A stretch of 41,824 nt of DNA, taken from positions 1-41,824 of the forward strand of contig JAAZNS010000508.1 in NCBI GenBank assembly GCA_012798185.1. The letters run 5' to 3'. The notes below the pieces were generated by a model, which saw only the letters and a program-made list of their open reading frames with translations, did not search any database and was not told the origin of the DNA. Shown piece after piece: positions 31,628 to 41,603 of the stretch; the first letter of the stretch is position 1; the number at the start of each line of letters is the position of its first letter. The position numbers and the translations under genes were made by a program. The DNA is from Chloroflexota bacterium (lineage in GTDB: Bacteria; Chloroflexota; Anaerolineae; Anaerolineales; UBA4823).

Positions 31628-34327
31628 TTAAGGAACCTGGTAAATGATCACATCCCCCGACTGGAATGCGGTAAGAAGGTGGGCGGAAAATTTTGCCTCG
31701 TATAATCCACCGGGGCAGGTATTATGATCGCGTGTATAGGTATAGCGTTCCAGGTTACCCACGAATACATAACGAATATCATAGCGATCAATAATAAACT
31801 GTGCTTCTTCCCAGTTACGGGTGCAATACAAGAGCTCAATATCCCCCGACCGCGAACCAATGGCTTCACCACTGCCACGCCATTGATACTCGTGAAAGAG
31901 CCATCCCAGCACATTAGGCTGCCCGGAAAAAGTTGCAACACGGGCGTATTCCGAATATGAGCCGCCTTCATAGCTGACCGCTTCTGCAACCACCCCGTCA
32001 GGAGCATTTGCCAGCCAGCGGATAGCTTCCATTTCACTTGGATTTTGATTTTCTTGAAAGACTGCTCCATCCAACGTTATGCCTAAAGCAGGTTTGAAAC
32101 GATTGGTTTTTTCGAATACGCCAAAATAGATGTAGGTCAAACCAATCAGCAGCAGCAGCGTTAAGCCGACGCTGAAGGCATACCGCCAATAATTACGCAG
32201 CCTTTGCAGCAAACGGATGCTGCCGTAAGTCGCAGCCACGCTCCATAACAGCCACGCCTGATAGTAGAACTTGAATACTGTGTTCATTCGGTCGGCAAAT
32301 TGATCGCGCAGGAAAAGAAATTCAGGGAAGAGCACCAACAACAATCCCGCCAAAATCAGCAGAAGGCTGAAAACCTCGGATCTTATCAAACGTTTCGGTG
32401 TATCAACATTCTCTTTTTTATTCAGCAAGAGGGCTAAAACGACTGCCAGGAAAACAACCAAAGTAACCAGCCCTCCCAGGCTGATCAAACGCCGGGAAAA
32501 AGCCGCGCTGAACACTTCACGAAAGGTCGCTGCGCCTATGCTGCCTACATATAAGCCGGTGATCTCGCCAGGTAAAGACATGATCATTAATCCGAGTAAG
32601 AGAGAAAGCACCCATAAAACCAGCACGATTGAAATAGCGATAAGAACACCTTTACCTAAAGGCGGTTTATTGCGCCGGCAGAGAAAAACCATATACGCCC
32701 CCATGGGGAGGAACAGAGTGGCAAACATCACCCATAGATGAGCGCCGCGGGTCGGATTGATCAGGTTTGGCAGAATGCCGCCCACCTGCGATGCAAAGCC
32801 AATATAAAATGGCAGATAGAAAGCGATTCCCAGAGCCCCGGTGATCATGCAGAGTACGATGAATCCTTTCAATATTTGTAATGCACCCAGTTCTCTCGCA
32901 TCTTGATTGTTTTCTTCATGTTGTTGCCAGAGCAAATACAGCACATAAGCCGCGCCGAATAACGCCACGTAGAGCAATGAATCCCAGGTGTTCATAAATG
33001 CCAAGCCGCCCAGCACCAGAGCGCTGAAGCCAATGGTGAGCGGATCTATGTGTAATTCCCATTTCAATTCACGGTTGCCCAGGTTTTGATTCTTGAATAG
33101 CCCTAAACCGCGCTGGCTGACAACCGGCCAGATTTCGATGAATAAATAGACACATAAGAAAAAGGCAGCAATACCTAAGGCGAATAATTTCAGGTTCAAA
33201 TCCTGACGGCTGTACCAAAGTAAAGCGATGCCGGCAGCAGCCATGAAGGTGGCTGCCCAGGAAAGCAGCCGTACTGGCAAGGAGAGCTTCAGCCATGACA
33301 TTTTTCCCTTTCCGCCACCCAAGAACAGATTAAACGCTAAAGCCATGCCTAAAAAAGCAAAAGGCATCGCCAGCACATGGGGATGCAGGTCGCCCAACAG
33401 GAAAGAGAAAGCGGGGAATTCATCGATGACTTCTTGCATGACATGTTGCAGATTGTAATCGCGCACCACCCGCGACGCCCTCCACCACCACAAATAGCGG
33501 GATGGAGTCCACAATAGAGGCTGTGCTGGCGGCGAAGTAAGCTCAACCATATCCAGCCATTTCCAGAAAGGTGCCACCCAATTACCATTGGCATCGAAGC
33601 GTCCAAAGAGTCCGCCGGCGTGCAGCACTTCCAGAAAGCCCTCCAGATTCCCCATGAGCAGGGTGAACACCGGCGCTAAAAATGCGCCTGAGGCAGCGTT
33701 TCGTTTTTTATGCCGGGCAAGCAGGTCGTACACCATGCCGTAGCTTCCAATCGCGCTTAACCCGAATACCAGTGCGACTGCCAGATTGAAAGCCACCGAG
33801 CCCGGTGTACCGGATAATTTTGCCAGCATGGCAACCAGCACATAACCAAAATAATAATAGGAGATGGCATATCCCGAAAGCCATGGATCGTGAGGAGGAA
33901 AGACCGGCGAATTGAGAATGGCGTTGATGAATGCCAGTTCCATCGGCTTTTCAGTGCCGGCAATTTCCGGGTTGGCTGCCCGCACGAATGCCCAGACGGC
34001 AAAAGCCAGCAGGAACAACCCTTCGGTGCATATGACCAATGTAATGTTGTCATGCAGCCAAGTTTTCAGCGCCTGATATTGGCTGCGTAACACCTGCAGG
34101 TTCAACACTACCAATAGCAGCATTGCCAGCATTAAACCCCCTGCATCGTTGTGCAGAATACCCAATGAGGCCGGCAGCCAGAAGATGAAACCCCATAGCA
34201 GCCAGCCTAAAGTGCGGCATAAAGGATAAGCCCGGCTGGGTAACGCGGGCAGCATGCGGAAGGCGATGGGGAAGCTCAACCAGCCGTTCAGGGAGATGAA
34301 TAGGTACCAAAGAATAAAGTAGAGCAT
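31628..34327 (-). CDS. DUF2298 / Chlor_Arch_YYY-domain polytopic membrane protein (899 aa)
   Basis: GTEKPMELAFINAILNSPVFPPHDPWLSGYAISYYYFGY carries the YYYxG signature. There are more than 15 hydrophobic segments. The C-terminal soluble domain is homologous to that of the 1653-aa neighbour (TLDG...NVLGW...RYVFVG). Confidence 0.8.
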   Translation of the reverse strand: MLYFILWYLFISLNGWLSFPIAFRMLPALPSRAYPLCRTLGWLLWGFIFWLPASLGILHNDAGGLMLAMLLLVVLNLQVLRSQYQALKTWLHDNITLVICTEGLFLLAFAVWAFVRAANPEIAGTEKPMELAFINAILNSPVFPPHDPWLSGYAISYYYFGYVLVAMLAKLSGTPGSVAFNLAVALVFGLSAIGSYGMVYDLLARHKKRNAASGAFLAPVFTLLMGNLEGFLEVLHAGGLFGRFDANGNWVAPFWKWLDMVELTSPPAQPLLWTPSRYLWWWRASRVVRDYNLQHVMQEVIDEFPAFSFLLGDLHPHVLAMPFAFLGMALAFNLFLGGGKGKMSWLKLSLPVRLLSWAATFMAAAGIALLWYSRQDLNLKLFALGIAAFFLCVYLFIEIWPVVSQRGLGLFKNQNLGNRELKWELHIDPLTIGFSALVLGGLAFMNTWDSLLYVALFGAAYVLYLLWQQHEENNQDARELGALQILKGFIVLCMITGALGIAFYLPFYIGFASQVGGILPNLINPTRGAHLWVMFATLFLPMGAYMVFLCRRNKPPLGKGVLIAISIVLVLWVLSLLLGLMIMSLPGEITGLYVGSIGAATFREVFSAAFSRRLISLGGLVTLVVFLAVVLALLLNKKENVDTPKRLIRSEVFSLLLILAGLLLVLFPEFLFLRDQFADRMNTVFKFYYQAWLLWSVAATYGSIRLLQRLRNYWRYAFSVGLTLLLLIGLTYIYFGVFEKTNRFKPALGITLDGAVFQENQNPSEMEAIRWLANAPDGVVAEAVSYEGGSYSEYARVATFSGQPNVLGWLFHEYQWRGSGEAIGSRSGDIELLYCTRNWEEAQFIIDRYDIRYVFVGNLERYTYTRDHNTCPGGLYEAKFSAHLLTAFQSGDVIIYQVP

Positions 34328-34376
34328 CGATTAAAAATTACAATATAACACCACCAAATTATACATTTTAATGCCG

Positions 34377-37300
34377 CTAATTCGTTATCACCTCGTAAAT
34401 CACCGTTTTACCATCACGGTATACATCTTTCCACAAGGCGCCGTTAGCAGCCTCGAACTTATCCAACCCGGCGCCAGGGTATAAACCACGCTCCTGCTGC
34501 CCCAAAATGATATATTTCACATTATATTTCTTAAGGAAACTGACTGCCTGTTGAATATCAGTGGTGGTATAGAATTGTTCGATCTCGGTAATCCGGTCGC
34601 TCACCCAGCTACCAGGTAATAAGGTGCGCTGCTGCTGCTGATGCCACTCCCAGCCCACCACACCAGGCAGCCCGGTATAAATCGTAAATCGAGAGCCCCA
34701 GCGGTAAAGATCCCTTAGGTTGGCTTCGACAATCACCGGCGATCCTTGTACGTTTTCCTGCATCCAGCGGATAGCGCGGTAATCTTGGCTGAGATCCATC
34801 GTCCCCCAGCGTTCATCATAGGTGGCATACCCCATAAATGCCATGCCATCCAGCGTATGCGGCGCTATTTCGGTCATGCGGTCCTCAATTTTTGCCATGC
34901 CTGCCATGATGGGGAATAAAGCCGCCGAGGCAATCAGCGCAACCAGGATCACCTGCCAGGGGGTGCGCCATTTTGGCAGCCATTTGGGCAGCTCACCCCA
35001 CACCCATATCAGTGATGCAGCCGCAGAAACTGCAAACATGATCCAGGCTTGCAGGTAGAACTTGAAGACAGTGTTCATACGACCGATATCACCTTTAACA
35101 ACCACTACTTCCACTGCCAGGGTGATGACGAGTGCGGTGCCGGTCAGGAATAACACCATGCGTTTGGCATCACTCATCCCAGGCCGTAACAACAAAATGC
35201 CAGCCCAGGCAGCCAGGGGTAAAACAAACCAAGCAATTGCAGCTTTAAGATAAAGCAGCACCAATAAGACTAACAGCAATAAGCCTAGCCCGCTATAGAT
35301 GATCCAAACAAATGGACGCAGTTTATGCAGCGCCGAGGCTGGGGTGGTTGCCATCCAATCCCGAGTTTCCCACACCATCCAGGAGACAATCACGAACAGG
35401 AATAATCCCCAATGGGTTATGTACGACCACGACGGGGTATGGGTGCCGGTCCATAAGCCAATTTTACTGTAGCCCTGTCCATACCACTGGCGGTAAGGCA
35501 GGTATAGCAGAAAAGATAAGATTGTAACCAATACAATGCTGCTAAAAATGATAATCCAGCGCCGAGTGCTTTTGGGAAATATATCCAGCCATTTGTGGCG
35601 GATTTCCCCTCCGTAACGCCAATAGGCATATCCTAAGGCAACGATTGCCAGCGGCAGATAGGTATAGATATCCGAAAGATTGATGGGATAGAGAGCACCA
35701 ATCGTCAGCCCGCCCAGCAAGAAACCAGCAGCCGTTCCAAAAATACCCCGCCAGCGCCCCCGGCTGAAGACTACCGAAAAGGCAAATGATACAACCAGTA
35801 AAGCTACCGGAATAGCAAACAAGTGGGCATGCGGATCCCCATACAGCACGGTAAAAGCCGGAAATTCGGTGATTGGCTCAACATCGTTGGGGGCAGGGAT
35901 GGCACGGCTGGGAATCCAATACCAATCGCCAATGCTGTAAGGTAAGGGAACGCCGTGTAAAACATCTAAAAATCCGGCGAAAGCCCATAACCAACGCTGC
36001 AGAACGCCAGCCCCTTCGATAATGCCGCCCGGCGCAGCCAGCTTTTGGTAGCCATGGAAGATCATGCGCAACATACCCAGATTGCCTAATACGGCGGTTC
36101 CCAGCGCCGATGCCAAACCAGCCCATAAGGAAGCGCCCCAAGAGGGAAGGCTGGGTTTGAATAAATTCCATCCCAATGAGAACGCACCCACAGCGATCAT
36201 AGCAAAGAATGTAGGGATGATCAGGTTGTAGGCAACCGCGGGGACAATTCCCAGCCACTTGACTGGAACACTCGCCAAATATAACCCATAATAGTAATAA
36301 TTGAGGTAACCACCGGCAAACCAGGGATCATAGGGAGGAAATGTTGTGCTCTTTATTATGGCATTGATATACGAAAAGTCCATCGGCTTTTCGCCGCCCT
36401 TCCAGGCATGCCATAAATCTGGATTTCCAAAGCGCACCAGTAAATCGACGATAAAGAAAGCCAGGAACAATCCTTCGATTAGCAAAAATTCTTTGCGGCG
36501 CGTGTGCCACTCTTTGACCAATTCGCCGCGCTGCCAATAGGCAGCCACCGCACTGACCAGTGAAATTCCAGCAGCTGCCAGGGTGATGGTGAGCCGGGAG
36601 AAGGGGATTCCAATCGAGCCCAATAGCCATACCAGATAAGCCAGCAATAATAATCCTGCAATGCGCACCAGGGGGTAGCCTTTATCTGCCAAGCCAGGCA
36701 GTGCCAAACGCACCAGGGGGTAAACAATTAACCCAAGCAGAGCCAGAGTCAGATACCAAACCATCACCGATAGAATGTGCCAGCGGTTAAGCGGGCTGTC
36801 GGTATCGAAGAGCTGTGACCAGGTGCCGCCTGTCTGTTGTTGCTGCCAGCGGTCAGAGGGGAGCATCAGGTCGGCAGGGTGACTGCTTGCCTGGCGGGGA
36901 GTGACATGGATAACATGAGTGAGATCCACTGCCCCTAAAATCTTGGCGACTTTCTGAGGATCATAATCATCCGATTTTCGGAAGATCAGCACCTTGGGGT
37001 GATCGTATACAGTGAAGGCTTCTTCGGCAAACTGATCGTTGATCGTCCAATTCCCCAGGCTGGGGAAGGACTCGAACACCTGCACCAGTTCAAACCCCAA
37101 ATTTCCCTGGAACATCCCTGGTTTGGCGACGTTATAACACCAGATTATCTCTTTATCGGCGGGGCAGCCAAGCAGATTGCGGTAATAAGCTATGGTAAGG
37201 GGATATCGTTCGGGGACACGGGTGGTAGTGCCCCACTGGCGGTTCGATGAGATGAAGATATAATCCGATTGGTTTAGGGTGGAGGTGAAGCGCATAAGCT

Positions 37301-39338
37301 TTTCGGCGTTATCATCCCAATAAAGCTCAAGATTAAGCTCAGGCTTGTAGATTCCGCCGTATCCATCATAGCCATCGATACGCAAAGGTAAACCATCATC
37401 CCAGGAGCTTTCATTGGCAGGGGCGGATCCGGCAATCACCAGCTCTGCCGGTGTATTATCGATCTTCATCTCCAGGGCGTAGGATTCTCCTTTTTTGAGC
37501 GATACTGGCTGCGGCAGGTTGATCGAATAGCCTTCCCCGCGTGGATCGTCGATGGGAATAAAATCGGCAGAAAGCGTTGTCGATGCCAAAATGGTGTTAT
37601 CGTTTTCGCCGTACAAAATCAGGGTCAGAGTTTTGACTGCCGGTATGCCAGCCTGGTCGCGCACATAGGCTAAAAATACTTCTTTCAACTCCCCGCTGGC
37701 TTTGGCTTCGAAGCGGGAATGATAGGGCAAACCGGCGCTGATGATTTGACCTTCTTGGAATGTCAAAATCTGGTTATAAACCTGATCTTGGGTTTTGATA
37801 TGCAGGTTGATCGGCCCGGGCACATTCTGGTAAATCCACCGCGAAGCAGCGACGCGGGTGATCGGTCGGTTATAGATACGGGTGAAAGCGTATGCCCAGG
37901 CGAAGGTGAGGATTAAGACTACGACCGGGAGAGCGAATTTAATGAGATTCCACACGCCGGAGAGCAAACCAGAAGCTTTCTGATTCCAGTTTACAAGCCT
38001 GGTGGCGGTGTCCTCCGATGAGTTGTTTGCCTCATCCGGTCTTTTTTTCTGCAGGCAGGTTATCCCCAGCCAGCCGGCAAAAATGACCAGCCCGGGGTAA
38101 ACTGCAAAGTTATAACGCATGGTAGGGTTGTTCGCCATGGACTGCCATACAAAATAAGCGCCTGTCCAAAGCCATAAAAGGGCATGGCGCTGCCAATCGC
38201 CTTTGAGCATACGCCATCCTGCTAGCAAAAAAGCTGCCCAGGCAAACAAACCCAGGGGAAGCCCCAAACCCCAAATGGTCAGGTTTTTTCCCGAAAAGAA
38301 GAAAGAGCGGCGAGCCCACTGCAGTGCGGGAGGGAAATCCACATCGCCGGTGCTCTGGTTGCGTTGTTCTTGAATATTGGCAACCCATAAAGGATTAGGC
38401 TTTACGCCAAAGAAACCCGGTCCGCTGAAGGCATAAGGCTGCGCCACACGAAAAACGAATAGAAAGACTACTGCCCCTAAAACACAGTATATAAATGCAT
38501 CAAACAGGCGCTTCTCCAGAAGCCTGGCATCATTTTGCCATTTCTCGTTAATACCTCTCAAAAGAAACGCGCCAGGCAGCAGTGCTGCTGCTGGCAAGGC
38601 GCTGATTTTACAGGCAGCTGCGCAGCCCAGAGCCACTCCAAACCCAATGCTCCATTTGAAAAATGGATGCCTGATATATTGGCGCAAGATCAGCCACCAC
38701 TTTTCATATTCTTGCTCTAGATTTTCATTGTCCTGAAGGCTGGCGGGCTGATAGGTGAATATCAAAACTGCCAGATAAACTGCCAGATAGGTGAATACAT
38801 TCGTGAAAGTATCTTCCTTAAAAAAATGGGAAAGCTGAATGGGCAGCACGGCGCAAGCATAAAATGCGCTTGCCCAAACCCCGATCCGGCGGTTATACAG
38901 ACGGGAGGCGATAAGGTAGACTAAAAAAAGCGTACACAAATCAGCAATGGCAGAAAGCGGCCTGCCTACGGCTGCCATTTCATTGTAATTGGAATACCCA
39001 AAAATCCATTCTACAGCATAACGCGTGATGAACATGAAAAGCGTGCCGTATACATAAAATCCGTTGCCGCGGTTATGCGGGTTTAACGAGGATGTAGCGG
39101 TATCGAAATATTCCGAAAGGCTTTTAACCGGGGAAATGGCAGTGCCAACGCCGAGAAGAAAACGTTCATCCGGATGCAGATTTTGCTCCTCACCCCAATT
39201 AATTCCGGTAAAGCGGAAATATGCGCCAACTGCCAGGATATACAAGAAAATTAGTAGATATATCCAGGAACGGGGATTTTTAGCAGTTGCTGGTGTAATT
39301 TCATTGGTTGGTTTATTTTCGGTTCGGTCTTGGTCCAT
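34377..39338 (-). CDS. Giant (1653 aa) fusion membrane protein: N-terminal GT-C/PMT_2-like polytopic module, ~340-aa extracytoplasmic domain, C-terminal DUF2298 / Chlor_Arch_YYY module
   Basis: The N-module loop motif is NLHPDERFLLGV. The C-module has GGEKPMDFSYINAIIKSTTFPPYDPWFAGGYLNYYYYGLY. The C-terminal domain has TLDGMAFMGYA...GVVGWEWHQ...KYIILG. The start lies 6 nt after the stop of the upstream gene. Confidence 0.8.
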   Translation of the reverse strand: MDQDRTENKPTNEITPATAKNPRSWIYLLIFLYILAVGAYFRFTGINWGEEQNLHPDERFLLGVGTAISPVKSLSEYFDTATSSLNPHNRGNGFYVYGTLFMFITRYAVEWIFGYSNYNEMAAVGRPLSAIADLCTLFLVYLIASRLYNRRIGVWASAFYACAVLPIQLSHFFKEDTFTNVFTYLAVYLAVLIFTYQPASLQDNENLEQEYEKWWLILRQYIRHPFFKWSIGFGVALGCAAACKISALPAAALLPGAFLLRGINEKWQNDARLLEKRLFDAFIYCVLGAVVFLFVFRVAQPYAFSGPGFFGVKPNPLWVANIQEQRNQSTGDVDFPPALQWARRSFFFSGKNLTIWGLGLPLGLFAWAAFLLAGWRMLKGDWQRHALLWLWTGAYFVWQSMANNPTMRYNFAVYPGLVIFAGWLGITCLQKKRPDEANNSSEDTATRLVNWNQKASGLLSGVWNLIKFALPVVVLILTFAWAYAFTRIYNRPITRVAASRWIYQNVPGPINLHIKTQDQVYNQILTFQEGQIISAGLPYHSRFEAKASGELKEVFLAYVRDQAGIPAVKTLTLILYGENDNTILASTTLSADFIPIDDPRGEGYSINLPQPVSLKKGESYALEMKIDNTPAELVIAGSAPANESSWDDGLPLRIDGYDGYGGIYKPELNLELYWDDNAEKLMRFTSTLNQSDYIFISSNRQWGTTTRVPERYPLTIAYYRNLLGCPADKEIIWCYNVAKPGMFQGNLGFELVQVFESFPSLGNWTINDQFAEEAFTVYDHPKVLIFRKSDDYDPQKVAKILGAVDLTHVIHVTPRQASSHPADLMLPSDRWQQQQTGGTWSQLFDTDSPLNRWHILSVMVWYLTLALLGLIVYPLVRLALPGLADKGYPLVRIAGLLLLAYLVWLLGSIGIPFSRLTITLAAAGISLVSAVAAYWQRGELVKEWHTRRKEFLLIEGLFLAFFIVDLLVRFGNPDLWHAWKGGEKPMDFSYINAIIKSTTFPPYDPWFAGGYLNYYYYGLYLASVPVKWLGIVPAVAYNLIIPTFFAMIAVGAFSLGWNLFKPSLPSWGASLWAGLASALGTAVLGNLGMLRMIFHGYQKLAAPGGIIEGAGVLQRWLWAFAGFLDVLHGVPLPYSIGDWYWIPSRAIPAPNDVEPITEFPAFTVLYGDPHAHLFAIPVALLVVSFAFSVVFSRGRWRGIFGTAAGFLLGGLTIGALYPINLSDIYTYLPLAIVALGYAYWRYGGEIRHKWLDIFPKSTRRWIIIFSSIVLVTILSFLLYLPYRQWYGQGYSKIGLWTGTHTPSWSYITHWGLFLFVIVSWMVWETRDWMATTPASALHKLRPFVWIIYSGLGLLLLVLLVLLYLKAAIAWFVLPLAAWAGILLLRPGMSDAKRMVLFLTGTALVITLAVEVVVVKGDIGRMNTVFKFYLQAWIMFAVSAAASLIWVWGELPKWLPKWRTPWQVILVALIASAALFPIMAGMAKIEDRMTEIAPHTLDGMAFMGYATYDERWGTMDLSQDYRAIRWMQENVQGSPVIVEANLRDLYRWGSRFTIYTGLPGVVGWEWHQQQQRTLLPGSWVSDRITEIEQFYTTTDIQQAVSFLKKYNVKYIILGQQERGLYPGAGLDKFEAANGALWKDVYRDGKTVIYEVITN

Positions 39339-39344
39339 AGCTCA

Positions 39345-41603
39345 TTAAGGTTGTGAATAAGCGGGCGGCGCAAAGAACATCCAGAAGTCTTTCGATTCTA
39401 CCCGCGATTCATATTGAGAAAACGAGCCGTTGGGATAGAGGGACTGCAGCGTTTCCAAATCAGTCACATCGTCCGGTTTGATCAGGAATAGTTTGGGGCG
39501 GGGATCTGCTACCGTTTCAGGCAGGCGGGCAGGGTCGATGGCGGTATCCAGTGTGGGGTAACCTGCATGAATACCAACCAGACGGGTATCTACCCAGTAA
39601 GGATAAGCTCCCACCCAGGCTGTTTCAGGGGTTCCGATGGTGCGGGTAAATTCTCCCAGCACTTTGCCCATCTCAGAAGTATTCCAGGAGGAGAGCAAAT
39701 ATTCTTCCTGCCATTTATTGAACACGAGCTGGTAATCCTGCCCGGCGGCGGCGGCAAAGAGGATCAAACCTACCGTCCATACCATGATCATTCCCCGGAT
39801 ACTGCTCCAGGCGCGTCGTAGACCGGAAAGACAGCTTTGCATGGCTAACCCAACCAGTACAAAAGCTGGCACATATGCTCCAGCGGTGCGGTTTAGGATG
39901 GGGTTTTCAGAGGGAAATGCCAACGAAAGGATGGAGGGCAATAATAACATGGGGATGGAAATCACCAGGAAAATATCCTGCCACGAACGCTGTTTTATGT
40001 AGCGGATGGCAACCAACACCAAGCCCAGATGAAAGAGCGCAGCCGAGACGACACTCAATGCCGGGCGGTGCGTCACCGATACCACCCAAACTTCGCCATT
40101 ATCCCAGGCAAACATCACAAGGGCGTTCCATGTGTTTTTTAAGAAAATCAGCCAGGCAGGGGCATCCAGTGGTTTTTCTAGAGTGCCCAGGCGGGTGAGG
40201 GCGCGGTAGGAAAACATCTCTGGGTTGGCGATGGCATAGCGCAATAATGGCAGGAAGACAATGAGCGAAAAGAAAGCCAGGATGAATAACCCTAAGGCAG
40301 CCTGACGGCGCGCTTCAGGCGTTCGATGGTGAACGCAATACAACCCTACCGCTGCGGCAACAACCAGCGGAACAATCCGAAATGGGGAATAGCCATGCAG
40401 CCCCAAACCCAGGAATATCCCCGCCAGAATAAAGTCGTTACGGGAAAACCGGCGCAAGCCGCGCACCAGGTAGAATAATACGGGCGCTGTGAATAGGGGG
40501 TAGAATGCAAAGCGCAGCCCAATGCGCGAGATCACATTCGGCCAATAGGCAACCCCGGCAAATAACATAGCATAAAATCCCGCTGCCTTGCCACCCATTT
40601 CTTTCCCCAGCAGGTAGATGTAAGGCAGAGTGACCAAACCAGCCAGCACAGTGCCGATCTTCAGGCTCGTGAAGCTGATGCCCGTACCGAAGATCAAAGC
40701 GATAGCGGCGGTTAAATAGAATTGAAATGCCTCTCTTCCGGTATTACGGGGAAAGAAGATGTTGTACTGCCCGCCGAGCAGATCATTCACATCGAGCAAT
40801 TTTTCTGCATGATCGCTGACCATCTCTGGGGGGACATCGGTGAGACGGTAAAAGCGGAAAAACAATATGACAGCAATAGCTGCCAGAGCGAGTAGAGTCT
40901 GCCGGGAGAATCCGATCTGCCAGCGTTGGGCGCGTATTATTGAAAGCCAGTGTTGGGCAATTTCCCGCCAGTGTATGCGATACAGCCAAAATGCCCAGGT
41001 AAACGAGAGCAAACTCACCACCCATAAAGTTACATTCAATGAGGTGAATTGAATTTCTACGGGGTTTATAAGGCCTTTTCCGAAAAAAAAGAAAGCCGCC
41101 AGTGCACACACACAGCCGATGATAAAGGTTCCCAGCCGGATTTTAAATGGCGCATGGGGAGGGGCTTCGGTTACGGGCAAGGGGGGAAGCAGCCAATCAC
41201 CGCGCCGTATGGCAAGGATCACACCCAGCGCTGCCATGCCGTAGAAGAACATGGGTAATTTATAGTCGCGTTCCGGAGGCTCCAGGGCAAATTGGGCGAT
41301 CAGTCCCAGCAGCAAAGTCAACAACCCCACCCAGGGGATGCGCTGGAAGGTCTTTTCAACAGGGGCAGCGCTGGTCTCGTAGGCAGCAGTGAAGCTGATC
41401 AACTCGACATCGGCTGCCTCTTTTATGGCGGGAGGCGCGCTCGCGATGACGGAGGTTTCCGTCAGGGGTGGCGCCGGAATGGGGGCAGGCGGAATTGGCG
41501 TTTCGGTTGGTGCGGGGCTATGCTCTGCGGGTAAAACCACCTTTTCCTTCCGCCAGAAAGCCAGCCGAGATTTGATGTAATCTAGGACGCTAGGTTCTTC
41601 CAT
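39345..41603 (-). CDS. Glycosyltransferase family 39 / ArnT-PMT-like (GT-C fold) polytopic membrane protein with a Pro-rich N-terminal tail (752 aa)
   Basis: The Pro-rich tail is PAPTETPIPPAPIPAPPL. The first-loop acidic motif is PPEMVSDHAEKLLDVNDL, followed by FFPRNTGREAFQFYL. There are about 12-14 TM segments and a C-terminal soluble domain. Confidence 0.7.
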   Translation of the reverse strand: MEEPSVLDYIKSRLAFWRKEKVVLPAEHSPAPTETPIPPAPIPAPPLTETSVIASAPPAIKEAADVELISFTAAYETSAAPVEKTFQRIPWVGLLTLLLGLIAQFALEPPERDYKLPMFFYGMAALGVILAIRRGDWLLPPLPVTEAPPHAPFKIRLGTFIIGCVCALAAFFFFGKGLINPVEIQFTSLNVTLWVVSLLSFTWAFWLYRIHWREIAQHWLSIIRAQRWQIGFSRQTLLALAAIAVILFFRFYRLTDVPPEMVSDHAEKLLDVNDLLGGQYNIFFPRNTGREAFQFYLTAAIALIFGTGISFTSLKIGTVLAGLVTLPYIYLLGKEMGGKAAGFYAMLFAGVAYWPNVISRIGLRFAFYPLFTAPVLFYLVRGLRRFSRNDFILAGIFLGLGLHGYSPFRIVPLVVAAAVGLYCVHHRTPEARRQAALGLFILAFFSLIVFLPLLRYAIANPEMFSYRALTRLGTLEKPLDAPAWLIFLKNTWNALVMFAWDNGEVWVVSVTHRPALSVVSAALFHLGLVLVAIRYIKQRSWQDIFLVISIPMLLLPSILSLAFPSENPILNRTAGAYVPAFVLVGLAMQSCLSGLRRAWSSIRGMIMVWTVGLILFAAAAGQDYQLVFNKWQEEYLLSSWNTSEMGKVLGEFTRTIGTPETAWVGAYPYWVDTRLVGIHAGYPTLDTAIDPARLPETVADPRPKLFLIKPDDVTDLETLQSLYPNGSFSQYESRVESKDFWMFFAPPAYSQP

